Virus record (IMG/VR): IMGVR_UViG_3300031454_000007
Location: 1-49,573 of that record
Direction: 5' to 3' (one strand)
DNA: 49,573 nt
Source of the DNA: a virus
Lineage: Duplodnaviria; Caudoviricetes
The notes beneath the pieces are model-generated. The model did not search any database. It was not told where the DNA came from and saw only the letters and a list, made by a program, of their open reading frames with translations. Position numbers and translations under genes: made by a program. Of this stretch, positions 1 to 9,264 are shown piece after piece (positions within the stretch are counted from its first letter, which is position 1; each line of letters starts with the position of its first letter).

Positions 1-6
1 GCTCTT

Positions 7-78
7 GTGAGCTATGAGTTGGCTTTAGCGGACTGTCACACCTGGCTCGAGCCGCGCTTGCTCGAGGTCGCCTCTTGA
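7..78 (+). pseudogene. Internally deleted relic of a DNA methyltransferase paralogue (VSYELALADCHTWLEPRLLEVAS)
   Basis: First 13 codons closely match the 5' end of the MTase at 149 (MSYELVLADCHEW). Confidence 0.6.
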
Positions 79-148
79 AACGCATCGACCTGCCGCCTAA
101 GACCCGCCACTGTGGCAGCGGGGCTGTGAGTGAACAGGGGAGGCTCAT

Positions 149-898
149 ATGAGCTATGAGCTGGTGTTAGCTGACTGTCACGAGTGGATTAAGACTCTTG
201 AAGACAACAGCATCTCGGCAGTTATCACTGACCCGCCATATCACACAACACAGTTAGCTTTTGACAAACTCGAGGTGCGCTGGTCTGAACTTTGGCCCGA
301 GATATACCGGGTGTGCAAGCCGAGCGCGGTTCAGGTCATGTTTAGCGCCCAGCCCTTTACAACCGACTTGATAAACAGCAACCGGAAGCGGTTTAGGTAT
401 CCGCTTGTTTGGGACAAGGCGATGCCTACCGGGTTCTTAGATGCGAAGCGAAAGCCACTAAGGGTTCATGAGGACATCCTTGTATTTGCCGAATGTTTTG
501 GTGATGCAGCTTACATACCGCAAATGGGTAGGGGCTCACCAAAGGGCTTGGTAGTAAGAAGTAGTAATGCCGGTCAGTACGCGAAGCATGAGAGAGTTAC
601 AACTTATAACTCTGGAGAGCGTTATCCCACTTCTATACTTTCTTTCTCAAATGGCGACCAAACCAATAAACAGCACCCCACCCAAAAACCTCTCGAGCTT
701 CTCTGCTACCTCGTCAAAACCTACTCCAACCCCGGCGACACGGTGCTTGACCTCTTCGTGGGCTCCGGCACGACAGCTCATGCCTGCCTGCTAACAGATC
801 GCAACTTCCTCGGCTGTGAAATTGATCCGGTTTATCACTCAACGGCGAGTAAAAGACTTGCTGCCGTAGCCGCGCAGTCACGGTTGGAGTTCGCATGA
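149..898 (+). CDS. DNA N6-adenine/N4-cytosine methyltransferase, beta class
   Basis: DPPY motif IV near the N-terminus, HPTQKP, and LDLFVGSGTT motif I near the C-terminus; RBS GGGGAGG. Confidence 0.93.
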   Translation: MSYELVLADCHEWIKTLEDNSISAVITDPPYHTTQLAFDKLEVRWSELWPEIYRVCKPSAVQVMFSAQPFTTDLINSNRKRFRYPLVWDKAMPTGFLDAKRKPLRVHEDILVFAECFGDAAYIPQMGRGSPKGLVVRSSNAGQYAKHERVTTYNSGERYPTSILSFSNGDQTNKQHPTQKPLELLCYLVKTYSNPGDTVLDLFVGSGTTAHACLLTDRNFLGCEIDPVYHSTASKRLAAVAAQSRLEFA

Positions 899-1500
899 CC
901 CGCTCAAGAGAAGAAACTTTGACCACCAAACCTCCGCAAGTGCGCCGCTGCGAACTCAAGACGTGCCGCAAGCCCCTTAAACGTAAACGTTCCGCGAGCG
1001 GCAAAGCCGAAATTTTGGGTACGTGGCAAGCGCGGCTTTACTGCGACAACGCCTGTGCTCGCGCCGCCCGTAGGGTAGATGCAGACGCGCAGCCTCGGCT
1101 CTGTGAGTGCGGGGCTTTGCTTGTTCGCAAAAGAAACCCGTCTGGTCGCCTTGAAGGCTCCCGTGACTTCGGGCGCCGAAAGCGGTGCGTCATATGTACC
1201 GAAGCTGCCCACAGACTACGTGCGATGTCCTCAGCGTCCCACCAAGCTAAACCACGCACGAAGACGCCCGCCGCGCTGCCTAAGCCGTTAGGAGCCACCT
1301 CAGGCCCCCTAAGACCTACCAAGCTTCCCGATCCCCGTCAGCACGCCTCACAGCCCATACCAAGCGCGATACCTGAGAACCCATGTTTTTTGCACCTTGA
1401 CGAAAGGGCAGGCTCATGCACGGTATGCCATCTGCTTAGTAAGTCACGAACCCAGAAAGCAAAGGTTGGCGACACGACGCCGATATGGAGACAGATGTGA
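895..1500 (+). CDS. Cys-rich, basic putative zinc-binding phage protein
   Basis: ATGA coupling; two similar Cys-rich ...LxRKRxxSG..E repeats and a C-terminal CxxH/CxxC. Confidence 0.65.
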   Translation: MTRSREETLTTKPPQVRRCELKTCRKPLKRKRSASGKAEILGTWQARLYCDNACARAARRVDADAQPRLCECGALLVRKRNPSGRLEGSRDFGRRKRCVICTEAAHRLRAMSSASHQAKPRTKTPAALPKPLGATSGPLRPTKLPDPRQHASQPIPSAIPENPCFLHLDERAGSCTVCHLLSKSRTQKAKVGDTTPIWRQM

Positions 1501-1569
1501 CCGTCACTTGGGAGATGTATCTACAGATCGTCCGGCAAGGACTTATCGAGTTTTATAGGGAGGGGAAAC

Positions 1570-1800
1570 ATGACAACCGAATCTGAAAGCGTGGGGCTGG
1601 ACTTAGACCAATTGAGGCGCGAGCTTACCCATATTGATATGCCAGCAGAAACGTTTATGGCTATTCGTACTCTCCTCGAGCGCCTTGAAACGCTCACTGT
1701 CGAGCGTGCCGAGTTGAGGGCAGACGACGTTAGAAGAAGCGGCAGAAATTGTTGCGAGTCATGCCGCTGCGATTGGAGTGAATGGACTACTCAATTTTAG
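1570..1800 (+). CDS. Hypothetical phage protein
   Basis: RBS GGGAGGGG; coiled-coil plus Cys cluster. Confidence 0.6.
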   Translation: MTTESESVGLDLDQLRRELTHIDMPAETFMAIRTLLERLETLTVERAELRADDVRRSGRNCCESCRCDWSEWTTQF

Positions 1801-1953
1801 TCTGAATAAAAACGACGTTTGTGCGTGGCAGGTGGCTGCGCTAGACAACGCCGCCGCCGCTATTCGCTACCGGGCCGGGGGTGGGGATGAATACGGCGCA
1901 CCCGATGACCCTGCTGTGAAACCGGAGTCCGTAGAGGAGAGGGGGGGCAGCTA

Positions 1954-2154
1954 ATGAGCGACAAACAACGCCTTGTACACCCCAAATGGATACCGCTAGA
2001 AAAAACCAAGGGTAAAAAGGTGCGTCATGTTGGCAGCGCTACCAATGGCAACCCAGTGCGCCATATGGACATCTCCATAAACTTCACCGACGGCACGAGT
2101 CTTGTGGTTAGTGCGAAGGCTGAACTCGAGTTTGAGTTTCTGGAGCCGGAGTGA
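1954..2154 (+). CDS. Hypothetical phage protein
   Basis: Purine-rich RBS; GTGA coupling to the next gene. Confidence 0.6.
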   Translation: MSDKQRLVHPKWIPLEKTKGKKVRHVGSATNGNPVRHMDISINFTDGTSLVVSAKAELEFEFLEPE

Positions 2155-2471
2155 GAAGTCCCGGCGAGGCACTACTCGAGACGCATCTGCAAGAAATTGA
2201 AGGCACAGCATGGGTCTCTGAGTTCGTTTTTCATCCCTCGAGGCGTTGGAGGGCAGATTTTGCCGAGCTTGACCACCTGCTGCTAGTCGAGTGTGAAGGG
2301 GCTACCTACTCAGGTGGCAGACATGTCACGGGTAAGGGTTTTGAGAACGATACCGAAAAGTACGCGGAGGCGGCGATTCTTGGCTGGACGGTGCTCCGAT
2401 TTACTACCGGGCAGATCATGAGCGGAAAAGCTAAAGACACCGTTAAGAGGCTTCTGGAGGCGAGAGCGTGA
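2151..2471 (+). CDS. Vsr/DUF559-like PD-(D/E)XK endonuclease
   Basis: RRWRADFA...LVECEG...H...D.EKY..A...GWTVLRFT pattern. Confidence 0.8.
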   Translation: MRSPGEALLETHLQEIEGTAWVSEFVFHPSRRWRADFAELDHLLLVECEGATYSGGRHVTGKGFENDTEKYAEAAILGWTVLRFTTGQIMSGKAKDTVKRLLEARA

Positions 2472-2659
2472 TTAAGATTGACGCAGACCTTAAACGCAAC
2501 TCCGAACACCCGCAGACCACCGATGGCTGCCCACCTGTGCCGTACAGCCCACGCGCCCGTATAGCTCTCGTGAGGGCCATCGTCGACATCCTGAGATTTA
2601 AGGGTGAGGAGAGGGCTGCAAATATCGTTTCTGAAGAGTTCGGGGAGGGAGGATTGTGA
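2468..2659 (+). CDS. Hypothetical phage protein
   Basis: Coupled starts and stops, RBS GGAGG. Confidence 0.55.
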   Translation: MIKIDADLKRNSEHPQTTDGCPPVPYSPRARIALVRAIVDILRFKGEERAANIVSEEFGEGGL

Positions 2660-2922
2660 GTCGGTCAGACTTTAGCGAAGCCCTATCAAATCTGCCAAAA
2701 GTGACCCACGCTTTCTTGTTTTTTGAACAAAGCGTCAAGGGAGCAAGCACGGCAGTAACGATTTGGGATAGATCAATAACCGAGCTAGACCTACTTGGGG
2801 GCGGCAACGAAGCAAGGCGGAAACACCTAAAACGCCCTGGTGTGCAGTTCGCTCGTTTCTTGCCCGGCTATGGCCTCAGGCAGTTCAAACGGCTTGCTAA
2901 CGGCGTGGTCGTCAAGCTCTAG
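2656..2922 (+). CDS. Hypothetical phage protein
   Basis: RBS GGAGG, coupling. Confidence 0.55.
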   Translation: MSRSDFSEALSNLPKVTHAFLFFEQSVKGASTAVTIWDRSITELDLLGGGNEARRKHLKRPGVQFARFLPGYGLRQFKRLANGVVVKL

Positions 2923-3008
2923 CGAATTTAGATTCAGCGCCCCGACTCTGGCGGGAGCGTGGGCGCTGCGACACTTCATTAAGTATAGCGGCACGGTGGG
3001 GAGTTGAG

Positions 3009-3383
3009 ATGCATGAAAAGTTAATGCGGTGGTCGGAACTGGAACCCGAGCGCATTTACATTATTGAGGGCAGGTGTGGTGACGGCAAATGGGGCATCAC
3101 TTACGAACGCTCCACCTACACGGTTGCGTTAGGTCACGATGTAAACGAGTTGACTGATGGCGCGAGCGAAAAAATCGAGTATGACATTCAAGACGACGGC
3201 GCTATCATCGTCGCCGTGCAAGAGGCTATAGAAGCAAAGGGATGGTACATAGGTCTCCATAGCGCAATGTCAGGCCAAGGCCCCCTTTATGAAGCTTTTG
3301 TGCATACAAGTAACGGTTATGTGGGAAGTACACCTGCTGTCGTTCTGCTGTCGGCTTATTTGGCTGCCCTCGAGGCGCAGTGA
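3009..3383 (+). CDS. Hypothetical phage protein
   Basis: RBS GGGGAG; 124 aa ORF. Confidence 0.6.
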   Translation: MHEKLMRWSELEPERIYIIEGRCGDGKWGITYERSTYTVALGHDVNELTDGASEKIEYDIQDDGAIIVAVQEAIEAKGWYIGLHSAMSGQGPLYEAFVHTSNGYVGSTPAVVLLSAYLAALEAQ

Positions 3384-3413
3384 CGCAGACAACCGGGTAT
3401 ACCCCTGTCAAGT

Positions 3414-3632
3414 GTGCTAATGTGTTATTCGTCAGATATTAACTCAAATGAGGGCAAGGCTAAGCGGCCTTGCCCTTTTTGTGCGTCGTATGAAACAGAA
3501 TCCCGTGAGCGTAGTTTCAGCTTTCATCCCGAACTGGGGGTGGTAACATCACGCAGATATCGCTGCAACGAGTGCAAGAACTCATTTTGGACGGACGAAG
3601 TGTACCGCTTAAGGGACGACCAAACCCAGTAA
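3414..3632 (+). CDS. Zinc-ribbon protein (NrdR N-terminal/Ogr-Delta-like), possible late-gene regulator
   Basis: CPFC...RRYRCNECKNSFWTDE; lies upstream of the terminase region; start uncertain. Confidence 0.6.
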   Translation: MLMCYSSDINSNEGKAKRPCPFCASYETESRERSFSFHPELGVVTSRRYRCNECKNSFWTDEVYRLRDDQTQ

Positions 3633-3973
3633 AACTGTATGCGCCCTCCATTACCGACGTTGACTACCGCAAGGCTCGAGCCTTCATCCTCGCTCTACGT
3701 GGTCAGATGGAACGCACAGGAGCAGTCAAGACTTCATACGATGGTCGGACGGTCGAAAAGCCTACAGCGTCAACAATGGGTTACAAGTTCCAGGTGTGGG
3801 GCTCTTATTACATCTGGGAGCACGTCGCACCGCTTGTGCGTGAGGGCAAAGAGCGTGACTCGGGCTTTAGGTGCTGTCTTCATGGGGGCGAGCCGCGCCT
3901 GGTGGACATAGTGCAGGCACAAGAGACGATACTTGGGATACTCAATAGTCTGAAGCCTATAGGTAGAACGTGA
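3572..3973 (+). CDS. Hypothetical phage protein (start uncertain)
   Basis: ORF fills the gap and is coupled to 3970. Confidence 0.5.
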   Translation: MQELILDGRSVPLKGRPNPVKLYAPSITDVDYRKARAFILALRGQMERTGAVKTSYDGRTVEKPTASTMGYKFQVWGSYYIWEHVAPLVREGKERDSGFRCCLHGGEPRLVDIVQAQETILGILNSLKPIGRT

Positions 3974-4152
3974 GCAGTCCCTACTACATATGCCCTAAGT
4001 GTGGGCGATACGTTTACCTGAGTTATGAAAATGTATCCCCACAACCATGCACCTTTTGCCACCCCGATATGGGTAGGTATGCCCTAACTAGTCCGATTGC
4101 TACGCCGAATCGCGCAATCCGCAGAGCACAAAAGCGTATAGGTAGAACGTGA
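3970..4152 (+). CDS. Small zinc-finger protein
   Basis: CPKC...CTFC; coupled. Confidence 0.6.
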   Translation: MSSPYYICPKCGRYVYLSYENVSPQPCTFCHPDMGRYALTSPIATPNRAIRRAQKRIGRT

Positions 4153-4418
4153 CTTGGCACGTGCGGGAGACGTTCGACGCTCCTGCGAAAGCAGAAACCG
4201 AAACACCCAGAGGTTATTTGAACAGGTTGGACAGATGGTCTCACAAGAGGGTTGCCGAGGTACGGAAAGAGCGCGCGCAGGATGGTCACAAATATAAGTT
4301 GCGTAGGCGTTGGTACGGCTTCACACTGGTTATCGAGATGAGCTTAAGTCTTGAAGAGCCCTCAGGTGCGGCTCCTTCGGTAGGGTACGTGGCGCCAAGA
4401 TCAATAGGGAGAGCATGA
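4149..4418 (+). CDS. Hypothetical phage protein
   Basis: Coupled on both sides. Confidence 0.55.
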   Translation: MTWHVRETFDAPAKAETETPRGYLNRLDRWSHKRVAEVRKERAQDGHKYKLRRRWYGFTLVIEMSLSLEEPSGAAPSVGYVAPRSIGRA

Positions 4419-4666
4419 CTTTCAAAGAAGAGCTGCTACTAGAGCTAAAAGACGCACCCGCTTACGTGCTCAGTCTGGGAACTTGTCGGGAGATGGCGCA
4501 GGTCATACGCTCAGGACGATACGACGCTGAGGGCAGGGAATACCTTATCGATTCGCTCACGGGCGACGCGCTGGAAGCTTGCCTTAAAAGGGCGCCCGAC
4601 TCGGATACGATTGCTGAGATGGTGTTGGGGTTACGCATGGAGTTCTTACCGACGTTGCAAGTCTAG
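4415..4666 (+). CDS. Hypothetical phage protein
   Basis: ATGA coupling, RBS GGGAG. Confidence 0.55.
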   Translation: MTFKEELLLELKDAPAYVLSLGTCREMAQVIRSGRYDAEGREYLIDSLTGDALEACLKRAPDSDTIAEMVLGLRMEFLPTLQV

Positions 4667-4721
4667 AACCTAACCGCGCCTGTAAAGGGCGCATTTTTGT
4701 GGTCTTGAGGGAGTGGAGGTG

Positions 4722-5171
4722 ATGGCTGAAAATCCTACAAATCCAACACACGTAGCGCAGCAAAAGTTTCTGAAGGCTTTTGCTAGGCATGGCAATGTTA
4801 CAAGAGCGGCTAAGGCGGCTCGAGTAGATCGCAGCACACCTTACGACTGGCAAGAAAAAGACGAAGTGTTTGCAGCTGCTTGGGAGTCAGCAAAGGGTGA
4901 AGCTGCTGACGTGCTAGAGGCTGAGGCGCTTCGGCGTGCTGTTACCGGAACCCGTAAAGGTATCTACCATCAGGGCGTGCTCGTGGCTACCGAAAAGCAG
5001 TACAGCGACGCGCTTTTGACTTTGCTCCTTAAAGCGAACCGGCCCGACAAGTTTAGGGAGCGCTCGAGCGTCGACCACAGCGGCAAGGTACAGCACGATT
5101 TTGGGGGTGCGAAAGATGAGCTTGCTGCAAGACTACAGCGACTTGTCGAAAGCGCTACCGGGTCTGAGTGA
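4722..5171 (+). CDS. Terminase small subunit
   Basis: HTH (GNVTRAAKAARVDRSTPYDW), LEAEALRRAV...YSD.LL..LLK; precedes TerL; RBS GGAGGT. Confidence 0.88.
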   Translation: MAENPTNPTHVAQQKFLKAFARHGNVTRAAKAARVDRSTPYDWQEKDEVFAAAWESAKGEAADVLEAEALRRAVTGTRKGIYHQGVLVATEKQYSDALLTLLLKANRPDKFRERSSVDHSGKVQHDFGGAKDELAARLQRLVESATGSE

Positions 5172-6429
5172 TGCCGAGGCTGCCGAGCTACTTTACACAT
5201 GGTCGATATGGTCTCGACCTAATCAGCGCATTCCTGCCGACCATACCCTGACGCCTGCGGGCATTCCTTGGGAGACGTGGCTGATACTTGCGGGTAGAGG
5301 TTGGGGTAAAACGCGCACGGGAGCGGAGGCTGTTCGGGGAGAGGTCGAGGGTGGTAGAGCAGAGAGGGTTGCTTTCATAGCGCCGACGGCTGCGGATGCT
5401 AGAGACGTGATGGTAGAGGGCGAGTCTGGCATCTTAGCCGTGTCGCCACTTTGGAACAAGCCTATTTACGAACCTTCAAAACGCCGCCTCACTTGGCCTA
5501 ACGGTGCACGGGCGACGATGTACTCGGCTGAAGACCCGGAGAGCTTGCGCGGACCCCAGCACGATCTTGTGTGGCCCGATGAACTGGCGGCGTGGGCCTA
5601 CCCTACTGAAACATGGGACATGATGTCTTTCGGCCTTCGCTTAGGCAAGCGCCCTAGAGCCATCGTCACTACGACGCCTAAGCCTATAAACCTGATCAGG
5701 CAGTTGATTAAAAACCCGCGCACGATTATTACTCGAGGCTCTACTTATGAGAATCAGGCGAATCTTGCCCCGTCTTTCATCGCGGCGATTAAAGAAAAAT
5801 ATGAAGGCACTCGACTCGGCCTTCAAGAAATCCACGCACAGATTCTAGATGATGTGCCAGGCGCTTTGTGGCAACGCAGCATGTTTGATGAAAAGTTAAA
5901 GGAAGCGCCTGACATGGCTCGGGTTGTGGTAGCGGTAGACCCGGCGGTAACGAGTGGAGAGGCGGCTGACGAGACAGGCATTGTGGTTGCGGGCAAAGGT
6001 GTGGACGGACGAGGCTATATACTTGCCGATTTATCTTGTCGCCTCAGTCCTCACGGTTGGGCTGAACGTGTGGTTAACGCTTTCGATGTTTATAAGGCCG
6101 ACCGTGTGGTGGCAGAGGTAAATAACGGCGGCGATCTGGTAGAAGCAACCTTACGGAGCGTCGCGCCAAATATTCCTTACAAGAAAGTTCACGCTTCACG
6201 CGGTAAGCGGGTACGCGCCGAGCCTATCGCTTCACTCTACGAACAAAATAAAATCACGCACCTTCACGATCTCGAGTCGTTAGAAGATCAGCTTTGCTCT
6301 TTCGTGCCGGACCTGAGAGACGGCCCCGACGATAGGGTTGACGCGCTCGTGTGGGCGCTGTCTGAACTATTGCTCGAGCCTGAAGTTCAAGAGTCTGAAC
6401 CCATGAGTTTCAGTTTTCCGAACTTTTAA
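5116..6429 (+). CDS. Terminase large subunit
   Basis: Walker A AGRGWGKT, Walker B-like LVWPDE, TTTP, nuclease VAVDPA and DDRVDA; start chosen at ATG 5116. Confidence 0.95.
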   Translation: MSLLQDYSDLSKALPGLSDAEAAELLYTWSIWSRPNQRIPADHTLTPAGIPWETWLILAGRGWGKTRTGAEAVRGEVEGGRAERVAFIAPTAADARDVMVEGESGILAVSPLWNKPIYEPSKRRLTWPNGARATMYSAEDPESLRGPQHDLVWPDELAAWAYPTETWDMMSFGLRLGKRPRAIVTTTPKPINLIRQLIKNPRTIITRGSTYENQANLAPSFIAAIKEKYEGTRLGLQEIHAQILDDVPGALWQRSMFDEKLKEAPDMARVVVAVDPAVTSGEAADETGIVVAGKGVDGRGYILADLSCRLSPHGWAERVVNAFDVYKADRVVAEVNNGGDLVEATLRSVAPNIPYKKVHASRGKRVRAEPIASLYEQNKITHLHDLESLEDQLCSFVPDLRDGPDDRVDALVWALSELLLEPEVQESEPMSFSFPNF

Positions 6430-6450
6430 TTTCTAACTTCTAAAAAGGAG

Positions 6451-8055
6451 GTGCGCTTGAAACTTACCGACTACTTAACTAAGCGTACCGACGATGAGGT
6501 GCGCCTCCGAGCACTGCATGGTTACTTCTTAGGTACGAAGCTGGGAATGTTTGGCGAGAATGCCGAGCACTGGACCGGCCCGCGCCTTGACATTGCCGAC
6601 CCGGACTACACAAATAGTCTCGAGCGCATCAAGCAAAACTATCTTGTGCATAACCTGCTGGCGTCGGTACTTACGACTCACGTGAGTGCTGTTGTAGGGC
6701 GTGAGATTGACTGGCAGCTTAAACCTGAGAATGCCGAGGCGTCCGAAGCGCTGACCACCTGGTATTACCGTCAGCGGGTGCAGGAGACGCTACAGGACGC
6801 CTGCCGGACGATGTTGTGGGCTACTCGTGAGGATGACGAGACGACCGCCATCATGCGCTTCAGCATCCCGGCAAAAGCGCTAGATGAGAATGGGCAGACT
6901 AAAGCAGATGGCCTCGAGCCCATCCTCGAGGATGCCGTGCGCCTCTATCATCCACGACCCGGTACGGCAGGGATGCTCAGGGATGACGATGGTGAGCAGA
7001 TCGCGGGCTGGTACGCCTACAGCGTTTTGAACCCTGACACGAAACAGATTGAGGGGAGGCTCGAGCTTGTCGCCCTCGACACGACTTTTGCGGCTCAGGA
7101 ATGGGACCGTAAGGACGGAGCACAGACAGCGACGGGTAATACCGTCATTCAGATTTTAGGCGGGCTCGACTACGCTGAAATCGTTGACGAGACTAACTAC
7201 CCGCTTGATGGCAACCTGACGATATTCGAGCTGTCACGTCGCCCGCTCATCACTGAGGACGTTATCAGCCAGCAGAACGGGCTGAATACGCAGTGGACGT
7301 ACCTTAACCGCCATTCATCCGCGAGCGCGTTTTTAGAGCGCGTCATCCTCAATGGGATGCCGCCCGGCATGTGGATTGTAGACCTGGGTCAACCCGGTAC
7401 GGAGGGGCTGCCGCAACGCACGACCAAAGATGGTGTGAAGCAGGTTTACGTCCGTGCGCCACACGTCACCGGGGGGGGCACCACAAGCTACATCGGTGGG
7501 CTTCCCTTGCCGGATGGTGGTTATACGAACCCGAGTGTTCAGTTTCGGGAGCTGAGTAGTACCGAGCCCTTGTTAGCGAACATCAAAGCGCACCGTGAAG
7601 CCATCCTCGAGCTGACAAATCAGCAGCACAGGTTGATAATTGGAGATTCTACCGCGAGTGGCGTCTCGAGAAAGACCGCTTTGCAGGACTTCACGGCCTC
7701 TTTGACACCTACTGAGACGCAGGTGAAGTTTGCCGTGGCTTGGTTGCTCAAGACGGCTCTGTTACTTGCTGGGCATTTTAACGGGAGCAATAGATCTTAT
7801 CTGTCAACCGAAGTTGACGCAAAGGTGACGCTATGGGCCGCCGACCCAACGCCGGAGGAAAAGCGCATGGTAATAGAGCTTGTCAAAGCGGGCTTGCTTA
7901 CGACTGAAGAAGGCATGAGGCAGGTAGGCGTGCAAGACACTGCAACGGCCCTTGCTCTCGTCCAGGCCGAGGCTGACGAGCGGCACAGACGCGCACTCGA
8001 GCTGATGCAGCAGAGGACGCCGGTAGCGAGTGGAGAGGTTGGGGTGACGACGTGA
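6451..8055 (+). CDS. Portal protein (SPP1 gp6-like)
   Basis: 534 aa directly after TerL; strong RBS AAGGAGG; SGVS motif. Confidence 0.8.
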   Translation: MRLKLTDYLTKRTDDEVRLRALHGYFLGTKLGMFGENAEHWTGPRLDIADPDYTNSLERIKQNYLVHNLLASVLTTHVSAVVGREIDWQLKPENAEASEALTTWYYRQRVQETLQDACRTMLWATREDDETTAIMRFSIPAKALDENGQTKADGLEPILEDAVRLYHPRPGTAGMLRDDDGEQIAGWYAYSVLNPDTKQIEGRLELVALDTTFAAQEWDRKDGAQTATGNTVIQILGGLDYAEIVDETNYPLDGNLTIFELSRRPLITEDVISQQNGLNTQWTYLNRHSSASAFLERVILNGMPPGMWIVDLGQPGTEGLPQRTTKDGVKQVYVRAPHVTGGGTTSYIGGLPLPDGGYTNPSVQFRELSSTEPLLANIKAHREAILELTNQQHRLIIGDSTASGVSRKTALQDFTASLTPTETQVKFAVAWLLKTALLLAGHFNGSNRSYLSTEVDAKVTLWAADPTPEEKRMVIELVKAGLLTTEEGMRQVGVQDTATALALVQAEADERHRRALELMQQRTPVASGEVGVTT

Positions 8056-8228
8056 GTTATGAGAAATTAGAGGAACATTTAAAGGTTGTGCATGAGCTTT
8101 TACGAGAGCATCAGTTAAGCGTGAAGTCTGAAGCCGAGGATGCTTTAGCGCATTGCCTACAAATCGAAGGGCGTATGTCCGAACGCTTCCGTATTCTCGC
8201 TAATGAAGTACTGAGGCTCGAGCGATGA
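8052..8228 (+). CDS. 58-aa hypothetical protein (below the ORF-track cutoff)
   Basis: GTGA overlap with the portal stop and ATGA overlap with the next ORF; MSYEKLEEHLKVVHELL... Confidence 0.55.
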   Translation: MSYEKLEEHLKVVHELLREHQLSVKSEAEDALAHCLQIEGRMSERFRILANEVLRLER

Positions 8229-8458
8229 GTAAAGAAACTGATGAGCAAGCCGCCCGCTTCTCTATAGAGGCAGGCTTTGATGATGAGACTAACCTCGAGG
8301 TTGCTAGCGTTGTACGTGACGACGGCTTGCACCTCAACCTCAATCTGGTAGATGCACTTATTGAAATGGGGCAGCTACACCCTGCGGCTTTTGAGTCCCT
8401 AACCGATTTAGTGTTTGACCTTACCGATGATTTAAGCGAGGCTCGAGTGATGAACTAA
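8225..8458 (+). CDS. Acidic hypothetical protein
   Basis: Coupled ORF followed by a terminator. Confidence 0.55.
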   Translation: MSKETDEQAARFSIEAGFDDETNLEVASVVRDDGLHLNLNLVDALIEMGQLHPAAFESLTDLVFDLTDDLSEARVMN

Positions 8459-8476
8459 ACCACTTCAACCCTACCT

Positions 8477-8503
8477 AGCCCGCCCTAACCCGGCGGCTTT
8501 TTA
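8477..8503 (+). terminator. Rho-independent terminator
   Basis: Imperfect GC stem followed by TTTTT. Confidence 0.6.
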
Positions 8504-8598
8504 TTGGTTCGCGTCAGTACCGGGGTGCTGTGTAAGTCGCTTCACACCTAAACCGTAAGGCGCTGGGGCGTCTGAGTACCGACCCTTGGGAGGGCCGA

Positions 8599-9261
8599 AT
8601 GTCAAGCATCAAAGACCTAATCAATTCACTTCGGGCAATGGAGCTACCTAAAGGCGCGGAGTCTTTACTGAGCAGCATCGGTACCGAAGCAAGCAACCTC
8701 GAGGTTGACCGTGACGATCTTAAAGGTAAGGTTGAGACACGGCAAACTGAGAACCAAAAGCTTAAGGACCGCGCTCAAGACGCCGAAGCTATTGTGGCAG
8801 ACCTCAAAACGAAAGTCCCGGCAGACGGCAGCTTGACGCTAAGCAAGGCCGACGGTGAGCGTTTCAGTGCTTATACCGCACTCGGCAAGGTTGACGAGGT
8901 CAAGGCGACGCTAGAGCGTGTAACGACACTCGAGACCGAAAGGGCTCAAGCCGACCGTGAGGCGACCATCCGCAGCGCCGGGTACGACCCTAAGAAGTTC
9001 AGCCGGGTTGTTCCTCACCCGCTCAAGATCGAGGGCGAGGGCGACGACCTAAAAGTCAGCGTCACCGTCGACGATAAAGACACGCCGCTTGACGAATGGG
9101 CCGAAGCTGAAGGTATTAGCGACCTCGTGAACGTAGCGAGGCTCGACCCGAATGCTCGCCCTGCTGCTATGGCGCAGGCGGGAGACCGCAAAAATACAAC
9201 ACCAGTTAGTACTTGGAGCCAAGCGGCTGATACCCGTTTTGGCGTACCTAAAAGGGAGTAA
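8599..9261 (+). CDS. Capsid scaffolding protein
   Basis: Charged coiled-coil protein upstream of the decoration and capsid genes. Confidence 0.75.
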   Translation: MSSIKDLINSLRAMELPKGAESLLSSIGTEASNLEVDRDDLKGKVETRQTENQKLKDRAQDAEAIVADLKTKVPADGSLTLSKADGERFSAYTALGKVDEVKATLERVTTLETERAQADREATIRSAGYDPKKFSRVVPHPLKIEGEGDDLKVSVTVDDKDTPLDEWAEAEGISDLVNVARLDPNARPAAMAQAGDRKNTTPVSTWSQAADTRFGVPKRE

Positions 9262-9264
9262 TAG

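Larger units (their letters stand above)
3958..4418 (+). repeat. Gene-junction repeat TATAGGTAGAACGTGA at 3958-3973 and 4137-4152; variant ATAGGGAGAGCATGA at 4404-4418
   Basis: Read directly; three consecutive ORFs end IGRT*, IGRT* and IGRA*. Confidence 0.85.

Noticed and set aside
61-78. LEVAS-encoding sequence resembling the dprA junction (possible second att site)
   Set aside because: The match is short and imperfect, in opposite orientation, explained by an RBS-like GAGGT, and has no dprA 3' half next to it
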